Below are positions 23,001 through 33,766 of a stretch of 64,000 bases of DNA, piece after piece. The stretch's first letter is position 1; each line of letters opens with the position of its first letter. The stretch is taken from positions 84,099 to 148,098 of the forward strand of contig PDIP01000043.1 of assembly GCA_002811645.1 (NCBI GenBank), written 5' to 3'. The DNA is from Corallochytrium limacisporum Hawaii (Eukaryota; Protista; Pluriformea). The translations under genes and the position numbers were made by a program. The notes below the pieces were generated by a model. The model had not been told where the DNA came from, made no database searches, and worked only from the letters and a program-made list of their open reading frames with translations.

Positions 23001-23910
23001 GGGGAGGGGGGTGGAGTCAGCACCGGGGGAGGGGGTGGGGGTAATGGGTCAGGGGAGATGGGTGGGTTGACCAGTGCGAGTTTTGTCCCATCTCCCGACC
23101 TCCTTATCTCCGGTAAAATTTCTTGGTCCCTGTGAGCCCGCAATGAACAGAAGAGAAGCGCGAGAAAGGAAAGGCGAAGGCATCGGCGATACGGGTAAAG
23201 AGAAAATCGCGGCCCCCAAACGAAAATATTGGCCCCCGGGCCGGGGGCGAGTTCAATTTTTGGCTTTTCTTTTGAGCGCACACGCACATATTTAAAAAAT
23301 CAGTCAAGAAAAGAAAAGAGAGCGGCGGAAACCATTCCGGGAGAAAACCGGAGCGGTGAGTGGAGTTCCGTACATTCAATGGCGGGGCCGTGAGGGGCAT
23401 ACTGAAACTGCAGGACGCCCAGCTTCGGGAAACGCCGGAAGCTGGTGTCACGTATTGAATCTAGCGGCGGGATGTGGATTTGGGAGAAAAAGGAGGCCTG
23501 GGACACCGGAGAAGGGGGTCGTTCGAGAGTAAACTTTGTTCGCGCTTGCGGAAAACGTCAAGCCAACACGGGAACCGGCGCCAACCGCGTTCGATTGCAG
23601 CGTCTTTCTCATCATTTGTACCTTATCCTCACGACATCGATGGCTGATTGCATATTCGATTGTTTGCGCACTGCTTCGCTCATCTCAGACTTGCAAGATG
23701 CATGGCGGAGCGGAATCGGACAGCATTTCATTCTTGTTGCTGCAGCACCGCGTCGCGTCGTCTTCATGTACTACCTGTACCACCAAGTACCACATAAAAG
23801 ACCACAATAACACCAACGGATCCTTCTACTATAGGTTGTGTTCTTTACTTTATTGATTACTCTTTTGTACATACGAGATCATGATATGTTGGAATACATT
23901 GGAAAGAGAC

Positions 23911-23981
23911 TGGTGCCAAATGGACGGACAGCCACTTGCGGCAATTAGGTCCGTCCGAGGCACCAACAAGTGAATTTTTGA
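23911..23981. other. Two-helix stem-loop followed on the + strand by an Sm-site-like AATTTTTGA; candidate structured RNA or 3' UTR element
   Basis: TGGTGCC (23911-17) pairs with GGCACCA (23959-65); GGACGGAC (23922-29) pairs with GTCCGTCC (23949-56); AATTTTTG at 23973-80. Confidence 0.35.
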
Positions 23982-24112
23982 TCACAAGTATACTTCCAGG
24001 TCATCTAAACTTCGATGATGCGTCCAGGCATAGTGTTCCGAAGCGCAGTCTCAGTCCAACGCGGCCTGTGTGCCAGTCCAGCGGCCAGCCGATGGCGTAT
24101 ATGTGGGCGATT

Positions 24113-24376
24113 TCATGCAATCTCTCCTGCTCGCTCAGCAGGATCATAATGATTCTTGTCTAAGAATTCCTGTAGCTTGGTCTGGATGAATTCTTCGTAG
24201 CCCTCGTCTATGCAAATATGCCGATCGTCAAGTTCGGAATGAATAAACTTCACCTTGCTCGTTTCGTTTAAGTGGAGCAGGAACTGCTTCATTGCGGGGT
24301 CTGCACATGACACCAACACACGCTGAATAGCACGCAATTTGGATGAACCAGGTGGGGCCTGGCCGTGTGAAGACAT
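24113..24376 (-). CDS. GTF2H5: TFIIH subunit 5 (p8/Tfb5)
   Basis: VLVSCADPAMKQFLLHLNE...KFIHSELDDRHICI; first ATG at 24376. Confidence 0.9.
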   Translation of the reverse strand: MSSHGQAPPGSSKLRAIQRVLVSCADPAMKQFLLHLNETSKVKFIHSELDDRHICIDEGYEEFIQTKLQEFLDKNHYDPAERAGEIA

Positions 24377-24930
24377 TGAAACAAGGAGAAATGCCAAGAC
24401 GCTATCTACAACCTGCGTTTGCTCCTTGTCCGTATCGCGTTAATGACAATAGTAATTTGTTCTGATTACATAGCAAGTTTCCTTAGATGTATGATGTACG
24501 TATGCTGGAACACCATTATTTTTGGGAAATTTTGATTGTCCAATAGGTGTATCCATGAACATGGGGGATATCTGTACTAGTGTGTCATTTCCTTCGACAG
24601 TCCAGAGTGCTCCTGGCTGTCCCGACCGACCAACCGAAAACACGGCAGGGCAGTGGGAAGAGAAGTGGGGAGAACAAAATAGGCCCCCACTGCGCATGGG
24701 GACAGTGGTTCATCGGCGGCGGGCAAGTGTGTGCGGAGGTCTCAGTTGCGTCGGTAAAGGAGGGAGCGTGCTGCGCAAGCTCTTCATTATCTTAACGGGT
24801 ATTTCATTGGCTGTTTCTCAGTCTGATTCTGTAGTAATTGTAGCACCTCAGATGGTTCGGAATCGTATGCTTGCAAAGGAACATGTAACAATTTCATATG
24901 TATATAGTAAATCAACCACCACCTTGAAGC

Positions 24931-25392
24931 ATGGGCGACCTCCGGGCACAGCTGAGCGACGCTGAAGACCAGCTAAAGACTGTGCAGCAGGCTTTGAAGG
25001 CCGATCCCGACAGCGAGGAGTTTCTGAAGCTCAAGACGGAGCTGGAGGAAATAATATTGCTGACACAAGATCTCATTGCTGGTGAACAAGGAGCTAAAGA
25101 GGAAGTGAAGAGTGAGCTTCAGAAGAAGCGCAGTGCGACCCAGCAGGAGCTGGACGAAAAAAGACGACTGTATCTCAAGGAACGGTCACGGAAGAAGCGT
25201 GAGCGGCTCTTGAAGAAGCATGAAGAGCGTGATCGTGAATCCGAGGCCAAGCAGTCTAGCTGGCAGTCCTTCACAAAGAAAAAGGCAGCTGGAAAGGGCA
25301 TCGGACTGTCCAAAGGCACTGTCCGCGGGCCGTTCAACTCGGCCGGCAGCAAGCCCAAGGGCACGTTCACTTCCAAACTAAAGAAGTGGTGA
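24931..25392 (+). CDS. SMNDC1: SPF30/SMNDC1-like splicing factor lacking the Tudor domain
   Basis: N-terminal QLKTVQQALKADPDSEEFLKLKTELEEIILLTQDL and C-terminal basic helix with KQSSWQSF match SPF30; no Tudor between them. Confidence 0.7.
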   Translation: MGDLRAQLSDAEDQLKTVQQALKADPDSEEFLKLKTELEEIILLTQDLIAGEQGAKEEVKSELQKKRSATQQELDEKRRLYLKERSRKKRERLLKKHEERDRESEAKQSSWQSFTKKKAAGKGIGLSKGTVRGPFNSAGSKPKGTFTSKLKKW

Positions 25393-25620
25393 TGCGGTAA
25401 CCGTAACTCAATTCCCGTTCTCGACCCATTAAAGAATATTAGGCACTCCATGACATTATGACTGAAACTAGAGACAATATTTGATATGTATACATTTGTG
25501 ATCGCTGTTGGTAGAGTGATTGCACCGCTGGCGATCGCCCGGGCTTCTTCTCCTTTTTGTGCTATTCTAATATGTAGTTGAACCCGTGACAATGGCTTGC
25601 TGAGCATATGCTGAGATTCT

Positions 25621-26886
25621 TTACACGCTGTAGGCAGAGGCCTCATCGTAGTCCGCAGGCTGGTTGCGACGGATAATTTGTCGATGGGCTTTGAGACGCA
25701 CTGCGTTGATCTTGATGAAGCCTTCGGCGTCAGCAGGATTGTAGGAATCGATGCTCTCCATGGAGGCCAGATTGGAGTCGTACAGAGAGGAAGGAGAGTA
25801 GCGAGCCACAGCCATGCAGTTGCCCTTGTACAGCCAGACATCAACCCATCCATCAATGACCTCCTGGGCCTTGTGCATGGCGGCCATCATAAACTCCATC
25901 TCGGGGGAGAACCAGAAACCGTTGTATACGATCTCACTGAACTTGGTGCTCAGCATGTCGCGCAGACGCAGCACCTCGCGGTCCATAGCAATGCCCTCGA
26001 TGTCCACATGCGCAGCCCGGAGGATGGTGGCTCCTGGAGTCTCGTAGATACCGCGGGATTTGATGCCCACGAAGCGGTTCTCGACAATATCAATGCGGCC
26101 CACGCCGTGCTTGCAACCGAGCCGGTGCAGATACATGTACAATTCCAGGGGGTCGGTAATTTCCTTGCCTTCCGCCGTGTTCTCAACCTTGATTGGGGTA
26201 CCGTCCTTGAAGTGCAGACGAATCGTCTCGGGCTCATCAGCCCAATTCTTCCAGTGGCCAGTCTTCAAGTAGACGTCCTGGCCACCAATATTCTCGGGCT
26301 CCTCGAGATCACCACTTTCGTAGCTGATGTGCATGAGGTTCTCGTCCATGCTGTACGGGGGCTTCTCGCCCATGCTAATAGGAATACCGTGCTCGCGGGC
26401 AAAGTTAAGCAGATCGGTACGGCCCTTGAACTGGTCGGTGAACTCAGTCATACGCCACGGGGCAATGACCTGAATCTCGGGCTCGAGGGCGTAGAAGGTA
26501 AGCTCAAAGCGGACCTGATCATTGCCCTTGCCAGTGGCACCGTGGCTAACGAAGGCAGCGTTCTCTTCGCGGGCGATCTGCACTTGGCGACGGGCAATGC
26601 AAGGCCGGGCCAGGGAGGTACCGAGCAGGTAGCGACCTTCGTAGAGCGCATTGCACTTGATGGCGGGGAAGATGAAGTCGGTAACGAACTCACGCTTCAA
26701 ATCCTCAATGTACACTTTGGAAGCACCGATCTTGAGAGCCTTTTCGCGGGCAGCCTCAAAGTCTTCGTCCTGACCGACATCGGCCATGTAGCAGATGACC
26801 TCGTAGTCCTGCAGAAGGAGCCACTTCAGAATGACAGAAGTGTCCAGGCCACCAGAGTAGGCCAAAATTACCTTATCCTTAGCCAT
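25621..26886 (-). CDS. ASS1: Argininosuccinate synthase
   Basis: [65 protein letters not shown]; first ATG at 26886. Confidence 0.97.
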   Translation of the reverse strand: MAKDKVILAYSGGLDTSVILKWLLLQDYEVICYMADVGQDEDFEAAREKALKIGASKVYIEDLKREFVTDFIFPAIKCNALYEGRYLLGTSLARPCIARRQVQIAREENAAFVSHGATGKGNDQVRFELTFYALEPEIQVIAPWRMTEFTDQFKGRTDLLNFAREHGIPISMGEKPPYSMDENLMHISYESGDLEEPENIGGQDVYLKTGHWKNWADEPETIRLHFKDGTPIKVENTAEGKEITDPLELYMYLHRLGCKHGVGRIDIVENRFVGIKSRGIYETPGATILRAAHVDIEGIAMDREVLRLRDMLSTKFSEIVYNGFWFSPEMEFMMAAMHKAQEVIDGWVDVWLYKGNCMAVARYSPSSLYDSNLASMESIDSYNPADAEGFIKINAVRLKAHRQIIRRNQPADYDEASAYSV

Positions 26887-28612
26887 AGTTTCTCTGTGCT
26901 CAATTGGTATCACAACCGAGGTGCCTCGATAATAGAAGAAAGAGATGTGTTGATGTCTCAACGCCTGTGTGGAGCAAAGAATTGTGTTGTTACCGTCCTT
27001 TTATACCTTGTACGACACGGTCACACGCGGAACGACCAACATGCAATGCGGTGGTGTACCGGCTGCATATTCGGCGCCTTTCGCATTCTTGCAAATTGTT
27101 TCTTGGGTTGGGACGTGTTGTTCCGTTCAGTGGAACGTGCACAAAACCTTTGATGGGCAATCGCTTCCCACGAAACAGTAACATACCTCAGGAATACTGA
27201 CGACCTACAGTGCGCCGGCGGAGGAGTCCTCCCTGTGTCCGCTACGGACCAGGTACTCCACAACAATCCGATCACCAACGAAAGCGACCGCCCGGAGCAT
27301 GTATCATTTACCCGCGTCCCCATATTGGCAAAGTGCCCGTTCGTGCCGAAAGTTTTCTGAGGGGCCCAATTTCCACCGCCCTCAGTTGTGATCTCCGATC
27401 ACTGAATTTGTGAGCAGAACCGAAGTGATTTCTCCCCGGTTGGTAGCGACCTTCCCTAAGGGATTCCGAGAGTAAAGCGACACCCTCTGAGTAAAAGCCA
27501 AACCGGCTAGCCGACAGAACTCCTTCCTCAAGATTTACAATAACTATTGACCTTCACAGAAAAATCAAAAGGACATAAGAGTGCGCACGGCAGCCCGTGG
27601 AAGAGAGGTATCGTCAGCAGTGCAATAAATGCCCGTCAGCATGCGCTGGCGAGCAAGCAGGTGATGTTAGCATTCCTCTACCCGTGGAAAGACCCGCGCA
27701 CATTCACGGGCCCACGGGTAAAATTAACTTTGTGTGTACCCACCGCTTTGTGTGTGTCTCCAACACCTCACAAAATGAGAACAAATTAAAAAGCCACTCG
27801 CCTGATTCTCCACTCGTGAGCGTAGTACCGAAACCAATGCTCCACATCTTCCCCTTGCGCGTGTGTGCTCCGCATGCTGCTTCAGCCACTCACTCAGCCT
27901 CGCACCGCTCACCCGCTTCTGATGGCCATCACTTGCCAGCCCCCCTTCAATTTTCCACCCGCGCTTCCCACTCACCCCTCCCCTTCCCCCAACTTCAGTT
28001 TGAGCGGCGGGTTTGGTGGTGGGCCAGTTGGTTCCCACTCCCTGCCAGCTGTTTTCTGATGGGCGATCAAATTCTATAGCCAGTCTGCGAACCTTGGGCG
28101 TATTCAAATGGAGAACTGGGAAAAGAGGGGGGAAATCAGGAGTCTATTTAATCCCCTTTGGATAATAACTGTACACCCTAACTCATCGTTAGAAAGCTTG
28201 TGCAATGGATGGGGAGAAAAGAGATGAAGACGGGTGAGAATGGAAGTAGTCTTCGCGGCGACCGGGCGGGTCTATTCCTGCAATCGCTGTGACTAACAAG
28301 TTCAAGCGAGATTGGTTGGTTTGCGTCGGGAACGATGTCAGAAACCAGTGATCTCGGGAAGTTGCCCCGTGGGTATAGAGCATTCCTAAGGAGGTATTAA
28401 ACACAGTACAAGGCGAACAAAGATGTGGATGAAGCTCAGTAGTTGAGTGGTCGGTTACTGTCGTTGGGAATACAACAGACAAAGAACTCGCCAATTCGAA
28501 AAGTTCTGGGAGAGACGAGGTTACAAACTCGCTCAGGTCTTCAAGATGTCATGGCCGGTGATTTTTCAACTAACGGGATGAAGCCCGTGGTGATATAGTA
28601 TATTCAACAAGC

Positions 28613-31072
28613 ATGTCAGAGTTCGACGGCGGGTTTCCCCGGATCCGTATCGTTCCAAGTCTGTACGACTTCGTTCTTCAGCATCTTGTGGAGGACATCT
28701 GGCTCATGTCAACAGAAGGTATCGGCTCGATTCCACAGCCTGCTTTCTTAGATGTTGTTCGGAGGATTCGGTCGAACGCGATTGCTCCCCATGGTGAGAC
28801 AGATATGACAAGGCTTATTTGTTTGTGGTACCATCAACAACCACGAGAACTCCAGGAGAATGCGAAGGACGATATAATGGGTGAAATTTGTATCGGATTA
28901 TCCCATAGCCTGATAGCAGCAAAATGGATGGTTTGGGCAGGAATGAACAAAAGCTTGATTGAGTATGGTATAGGTAGTGATCAGGGTGAGTGCAGACGAT
29001 GCATTCGGGATGATCAAGTCATGCTCTCGTCGTGTACAGCCTGCATCGGTAGTGAAGCGAAAGAACCCTTTCTGGGGATATGGGACCCCGAGCGGAACCG
29101 ACACTGCATGGTGAATGGATCAACTCTATGTCTTTCCCTGCATGCGACAACAAGGCACACACAACGCCGCCTGTATCATTGTGATGTCAGCCGATCCGTT
29201 GTCATCGACATAGATGATAGTCCGCGACTTCCGACAGGCTACTTCACTGTAACATCTGCCATGACCGTCAATGTTCTTCGGGTACGGAACATTCCGAGTC
29301 TGAGTGGTCGGTTCTTAAACAAATTGTTCCATCGGACCAATCTTACTGAGCTTGTGTTAGAGAACCTGGGAGATGGCGGTGCCTTCGATTTACAGAGCAA
29401 TCCTTGGACATGGTACTATTTTTTCCGGATGGAAGAGATTTGTGGGCAGTTGAAGCGGCTGACATTGCGAAATTTACCATGGTTGAGGAATGCACATATT
29501 CTGGGCAATGTGACCAACCCTTACAGCCTCATGACACCAATGCGGTGTAAGAATCTCACCCACTTGGAAATCAGCAAATGCCCACAGCTTATGGATCCGA
29601 CAATGTCTGCATTTTTGGATGCTGCACAGCATAGTTTGGTCTCTGTGAATTACGATGACAGTGGGCCTGGAGTCACCAACGCTCTGATGTTCCGGTTCTT
29701 AGAGATGGCCTCTACATGGTCATCTACTGCGTGTCTGCGGTATCTGTCTGTACGGAACTGCCAGCACATCACAGACATTTCCCAGGCATCTACAGAAACA
29801 CCCGGTCCGTACCGACTACGGTCTCTGCGCCTGGACGGATCCGGTGTGTCTCTGGCAGGAGCGCTGGCTTTGGCCATCCATTGTCCCTCCTTACAGGCGT
29901 TGGGTATCTCGGGTTTGAAGAATTGGCGTGCCTTTGAGGGATCCGCCACCAGAGAGAGCAATACCATGGACAAGAACCAGGACGCATATACCTTCATTGC
30001 CAATGTCTACAAGCTGCATGAGGGAATATCATCCAAGACACCATTCACTGAATTCTTCGCCGGTGATCACTGGCAGATTGGAGGGCACAATGCACGAGAC
30101 GTGCAACAAGAGGTGGCCATGCGCTATATTGCGCGGCACCTGCTGTCCTCCCATGTGAGCAAGCTGAATCTGGGAGGCGGCTGGACGGACGCGGTAGTAG
30201 CAGAACTGTCAAAGCGTGTGCCCACGGATGGATCAGCCGCTCTGGTGGCGATACATATCGGTCTCGCTAATCGTTTGTCAGACTCAGGCTTCTTGATGGC
30301 CACCCAGCTCCTCACACGTAACACCTTACCGGCCTCTCTGACAGCTCGTTTTTCAAATGTCAGTCAGGCGACATTAGTCCGGAGCCTTGGCTATCTATCG
30401 AAACACAGCCGGGCACCGTTGGGCACCAAACTCACATGCCTGTGTGTGACGGAGCATACTACAAAACTCGACGACCGGTTTCTGCGTGCCATCGGACGCC
30501 ATTGTCGTGGTCGACTCGCGGAGCTACGCCTGGGTGGCGCGAACGTGCGGTTCACAGACGAAGGGCTGCGTTATTTGCGGCCTCTGCGGGACACCTTACG
30601 TGTTCTGGACCTCAGCTTCACCGGCGGCTATGCACTACAGGGTCTGACGCTGCATGACATTGGCTTTGGCATGCTTCGTGAGCTGCGCCTTGACGGCTGC
30701 CTAGGCGTCGGCAGCGATCCAAGCAAGTTGATGTCGGGTTGGCTCGGGGACACAGCACTGGCTGTCCGTATGCTGAGCTTGGCAGGCTGTGAATCACTGG
30801 ACGATCGAACCCTGGCCAAACTGGTACCTTTGGCGCGGATTCAGACACTTGTGTTGGACGGCACTGCCGTGACCGATGAAGGTGTTGTTAATTTCCTAGT
30901 TCAACACGTTGAGACAATATACCATGTCTCCATCAATGCATGTCCGAACATAGAGCACCCCGACGAGATTCTCAAGGCCGTGCCCGGCCCTGGGGACAGG
31001 AAGCGAATCACTGTGGAGTACAAGAAGGGCAAATGGAGAAAAATGCCGGAACTCAAGCTGCAATCCCCTTAA
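28613..31072 (+). CDS. Leucine-rich repeat (LRR-CC/AMN1-like) protein with a possible N-terminal BACK-like region
   Basis: 819 aa; repeats such as LTHLEISKCPQL, LRYLSVRNCQHITD, LRELRLDGCLGV, VRMLSLAGCESLDD, IQTLVLDGTAVTDEG. Confidence 0.75.
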   Translation: MSEFDGGFPRIRIVPSLYDFVLQHLVEDIWLMSTEGIGSIPQPAFLDVVRRIRSNAIAPHGETDMTRLICLWYHQQPRELQENAKDDIMGEICIGLSHSLIAAKWMVWAGMNKSLIEYGIGSDQGECRRCIRDDQVMLSSCTACIGSEAKEPFLGIWDPERNRHCMVNGSTLCLSLHATTRHTQRRLYHCDVSRSVVIDIDDSPRLPTGYFTVTSAMTVNVLRVRNIPSLSGRFLNKLFHRTNLTELVLENLGDGGAFDLQSNPWTWYYFFRMEEICGQLKRLTLRNLPWLRNAHILGNVTNPYSLMTPMRCKNLTHLEISKCPQLMDPTMSAFLDAAQHSLVSVNYDDSGPGVTNALMFRFLEMASTWSSTACLRYLSVRNCQHITDISQASTETPGPYRLRSLRLDGSGVSLAGALALAIHCPSLQALGISGLKNWRAFEGSATRESNTMDKNQDAYTFIANVYKLHEGISSKTPFTEFFAGDHWQIGGHNARDVQQEVAMRYIARHLLSSHVSKLNLGGGWTDAVVAELSKRVPTDGSAALVAIHIGLANRLSDSGFLMATQLLTRNTLPASLTARFSNVSQATLVRSLGYLSKHSRAPLGTKLTCLCVTEHTTKLDDRFLRAIGRHCRGRLAELRLGGANVRFTDEGLRYLRPLRDTLRVLDLSFTGGYALQGLTLHDIGFGMLRELRLDGCLGVGSDPSKLMSGWLGDTALAVRMLSLAGCESLDDRTLAKLVPLARIQTLVLDGTAVTDEGVVNFLVQHVETIYHVSINACPNIEHPDEILKAVPGPGDRKRITVEYKKGKWRKMPELKLQSP

Positions 31073-31160
31073 GGTACACTCTATGCCCGTCAACTCAACA
31101 CAAGTAAATCACACTATTATCATGTTAGTGTATTGTTTCTTTATTCGGTGAGTTTGCGGT

Positions 31161-31529
31161 TTAGTCCATCTCTTCCAGTTTGTCCAAAAGTTGCTCTTCT
31201 TCCAATAATTTGGTTTTCTGGTCACGTGCCCGGTCAAGGGTATTACTGTCAACGTCTGATCCAATAATCATATACTCGTGGTCCTGGGTTAGAGGTCCTG
31301 GGACGAAATTACCACCAGCCAGAGACACTATCTTATCAAGTTCCCGAGGGCTCAGCACTAACAACTGTCCGGCGGTACCAACTTTTGCTCCCTTGAAGAA
31401 GCCTTCGTGATTAACACTGCTGCTGTGAAGTTCAGCGACAATAGTGGAGGCCAATGGGGCTCGAAGTGCCGTCGTGTTTAGCAGGCTCATTACTCGTCGA
31501 CCACCACGTTTGCCTATTGAGCACAACAT
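31161..31529 (-). CDS. Small single-BRCT protein (LigA/RFC1-like BRCT) with a basic N-terminal presequence
   Basis: FFKGAKVGTAGQL...RELDKIVSLAGGNFV...YMIIGSD...LDRARDQKTKLLEEEQLLDKL follows the LigA/RFC1 BRCT pattern; ATG-initiated 122 aa ORF. Confidence 0.6.
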   Translation of the reverse strand: MLCSIGKRGGRRVMSLLNTTALRAPLASTIVAELHSSSVNHEGFFKGAKVGTAGQLLVLSPRELDKIVSLAGGNFVPGPLTQDHEYMIIGSDVDSNTLDRARDQKTKLLEEEQLLDKLEEMD

Positions 31530-31985
31530 CTCTCTATTCTTAGGTGTTCCAAAAGATCAAGCAGAACTTAGTTGTATACAACATCTACTGCGGACCAAGT
31601 AGCTTAGCCTAGGGCGCGGGTGAGAATTTCTTACACCAGCACATCACAAGAACACAATTCGCAATGGGCCGACAGTCGCGGGCGCCGGAGGGAGGACATC
31701 TCGAGGGAGGGGTTCCCTGGAGATCGCGGTTCATCGCCAACGGTGGCTTGAATAAGTCTACCAGTTACACCAGACACACCGCTTAGGGCAAACGAGTTTA
31801 AGAATCAAACTCCAAGCCCCAACAAGAGAATCAAACGGCGAACAGCGCTCTTGTACCACTGTTCAGGAATGAGTGATCAATGTAACATGACTAAGTGACT
31901 GATGTAATACGGGTGTGATAAAATGAAATGAGAAAGTCTATGGCATGAATATGTAGGGAGTAGTGATCATATCGCTAACCGAAAG

Positions 31986-32258
31986 TTACCGATTGAACTT
32001 ATCGAGGTTCTGCTCGTTCCAGGTGAACTGGGGTCCCACCGGCTTTGGCTTGATCCCGCTGACATACAGGGAGGCGCAAACCTTCGAAGCAGAGACGTGC
32101 TGCTGATTTAACATTTCGTCGAGGTCGTCTTTGCTAATTTCTTGGCCTGGTGGTAGGACGATGTCTTGTTTCGGCAACTTATCAGAAGCCCACTGGCCGT
32201 CCACGATGTCAATCAGCCGGCCCTTGAAGCCATTGCTCCAATTATATTGTCCGTCCAT
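31986..32258 (-). CDS. ANAPC13: Anaphase-promoting complex subunit 13
   Basis: MDGQ...GRLIDIVDGQWASDKLPKQDIVLP and a C-terminal Trp motif resemble animal APC13; ATG at 32258. Confidence 0.8.
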   Translation of the reverse strand: MDGQYNWSNGFKGRLIDIVDGQWASDKLPKQDIVLPPGQEISKDDLDEMLNQQHVSASKVCASLYVSGIKPKPVGPQFTWNEQNLDKFNR

Positions 32259-32626
32259 GGTGCTCTGTCGATGGACCTGGAGTCCGTTCTGATCTTGAAA
32301 ACTTCGAGTCACATATTGAGTATGACGCTGTGTGTGCTCTCAAGTAAGTTTTTCTAAAGTAATCCTTGTCTTTTAAAGAGTAAGGAGCAGGGAAAGTATG
32401 GCTATGCTGCCAGCAAACCGTCACCGAGCTGGCCGAGGGGGTTTTGAGGGCGCGAAGGCACCGAGAATTCGAGGTGGGAGGGAGGCGGAGGGAGACGAGC
32501 ACACTGAGTGGCTTCTGTGGGAGAAGACCACTCCCTGCTCTGCTTCTTGAATGCAAAGAAGGTACAAGGTGAACATGTCCAGGATTCACTAAGAAACGGG
32601 AAGAAGAAGGGTCAGACGCACCAACG

Positions 32627-32659
32627 GTAAGACGGGATCTAACCTGTAAAAACTGATAG
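32627..32659 (+). other. Candidate 33-nt 5' UTR intron of TMEM208 (alternative acceptor at 32669)
   Basis: GTAAGA...CTAAC...CTGATAG ending 19 nt before the ATG. Confidence 0.45.
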
Positions 32660-32678
32660 AGTACCAAAGTAAACAACC

Positions 32679-33185
32679 ATGGCAAACCAGAGCGCAAAGA
32701 AACAGGCTGAATCCAACAAGCAGACTTTGTTCAGTCACCTGATAATGGTGATCGCTGCTATAGTCATTCATTTCCTGGGACACTTTGCCTTCCGGATGAG
32801 TGAAGTGGACCAATTTGACATGATTGCCTTTGGTATTTGCGGCGCTGTGCAAGGAGCATGCTACTTCATTCTGTTTCGGTCTGGCAATCCCAAATATGGG
32901 GCACGGGGAGAGCTGGTTTCTGCAGGAACAGACTTGAACATGGAAGGAGGAATCCTGGAATACATCAAAGACATCATGTACTTGCTATTGCTAAGCCAGA
33001 TCATCTCCTGCTACTCGTACAAAGCCTTTTACATCATGCTGCTGGTGCCGGCATATGCCGTGTACAAGATTTTCTCGCTAATGCTGGGCGGTGGCAGTGG
33101 CCTTCTGGGTGGCAGTGGCAATGGTGATCCGCAGCCTGCGAACCGGGCGCAGCGCAGGGCTATGGCCAAGGGCAAGAAGGAGTAA
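32679..33185 (+). CDS. TMEM208: TMEM208/Snd2 ER-targeting membrane protein
   Basis: MANQSAKK start, GELVSAGTDLNMEGGILEYIKDIMYL, hydrophobic segments, basic C-terminus. Confidence 0.9.
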   Translation: MANQSAKKQAESNKQTLFSHLIMVIAAIVIHFLGHFAFRMSEVDQFDMIAFGICGAVQGACYFILFRSGNPKYGARGELVSAGTDLNMEGGILEYIKDIMYLLLLSQIISCYSYKAFYIMLLVPAYAVYKIFSLMLGGGSGLLGGSGNGDPQPANRAQRRAMAKGKKE

Positions 33186-33766
33186 GCAAGAATCAACTAG
33201 AAAATCCCATTAAAGAAGTTCGCTATTATGCACAATAACAGTTGAACATGTCACATCTGAATCTCAAAGTGTTTGCACACGAGTGCTCTATGGAGAAAAT
33301 ACTTATGTCTGTCTGATTGATGGAAGCACATTGTGTGGCCAAGTGCTCAATGATGAAATATAAAATTGAGTCAATCTCAGTGCTCAAGTTAGCATGTTAC
33401 AAAATGTCTTTGGTGGTCTCGTTGTTGTCATGCACAAGAAAGATCACAAATATAGGTTGACCCCGTTGCAATATGGTGTTCAATGCACTGGAACACGCAC
33501 GCATGGCGAGAAAGTCGTTGGTTTCCCCTGTGGTCCCCACGAGCACGTGCCAGCCCGCGAAATTATTGTGTGACCGTCAAGTGATAACCAACTGTTTCTC
33601 AGCTCTTCAATGTTACGGGGTACTCTAACCTGTCAAAAACTTCCATGCCGAGATAATAGGTGGATCCAAACCCGAGGCTGAGGGACTGATGCCGGAGGTG
33701 ATAAATATTGATATGCTTGATTGATGTAGTTGACCTTAAATAGCTAATGATCGGTCCCGAAACAAG

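Noticed and set aside
23767-23890. GTACTACCTG and GATCATGA, resembling the U1 snRNA 5' end and stem-loop I
   Set aside because: The 5' end deviates from ATACTTACCTG, spacing is wrong and there is no U1A loop
23860-24113. Possible SECIS with recoding of the GTF2H5 TGA
   Set aside because: The hairpin lacks the ATGA/GA core and apical AA on the - strand, and the protein is already full length
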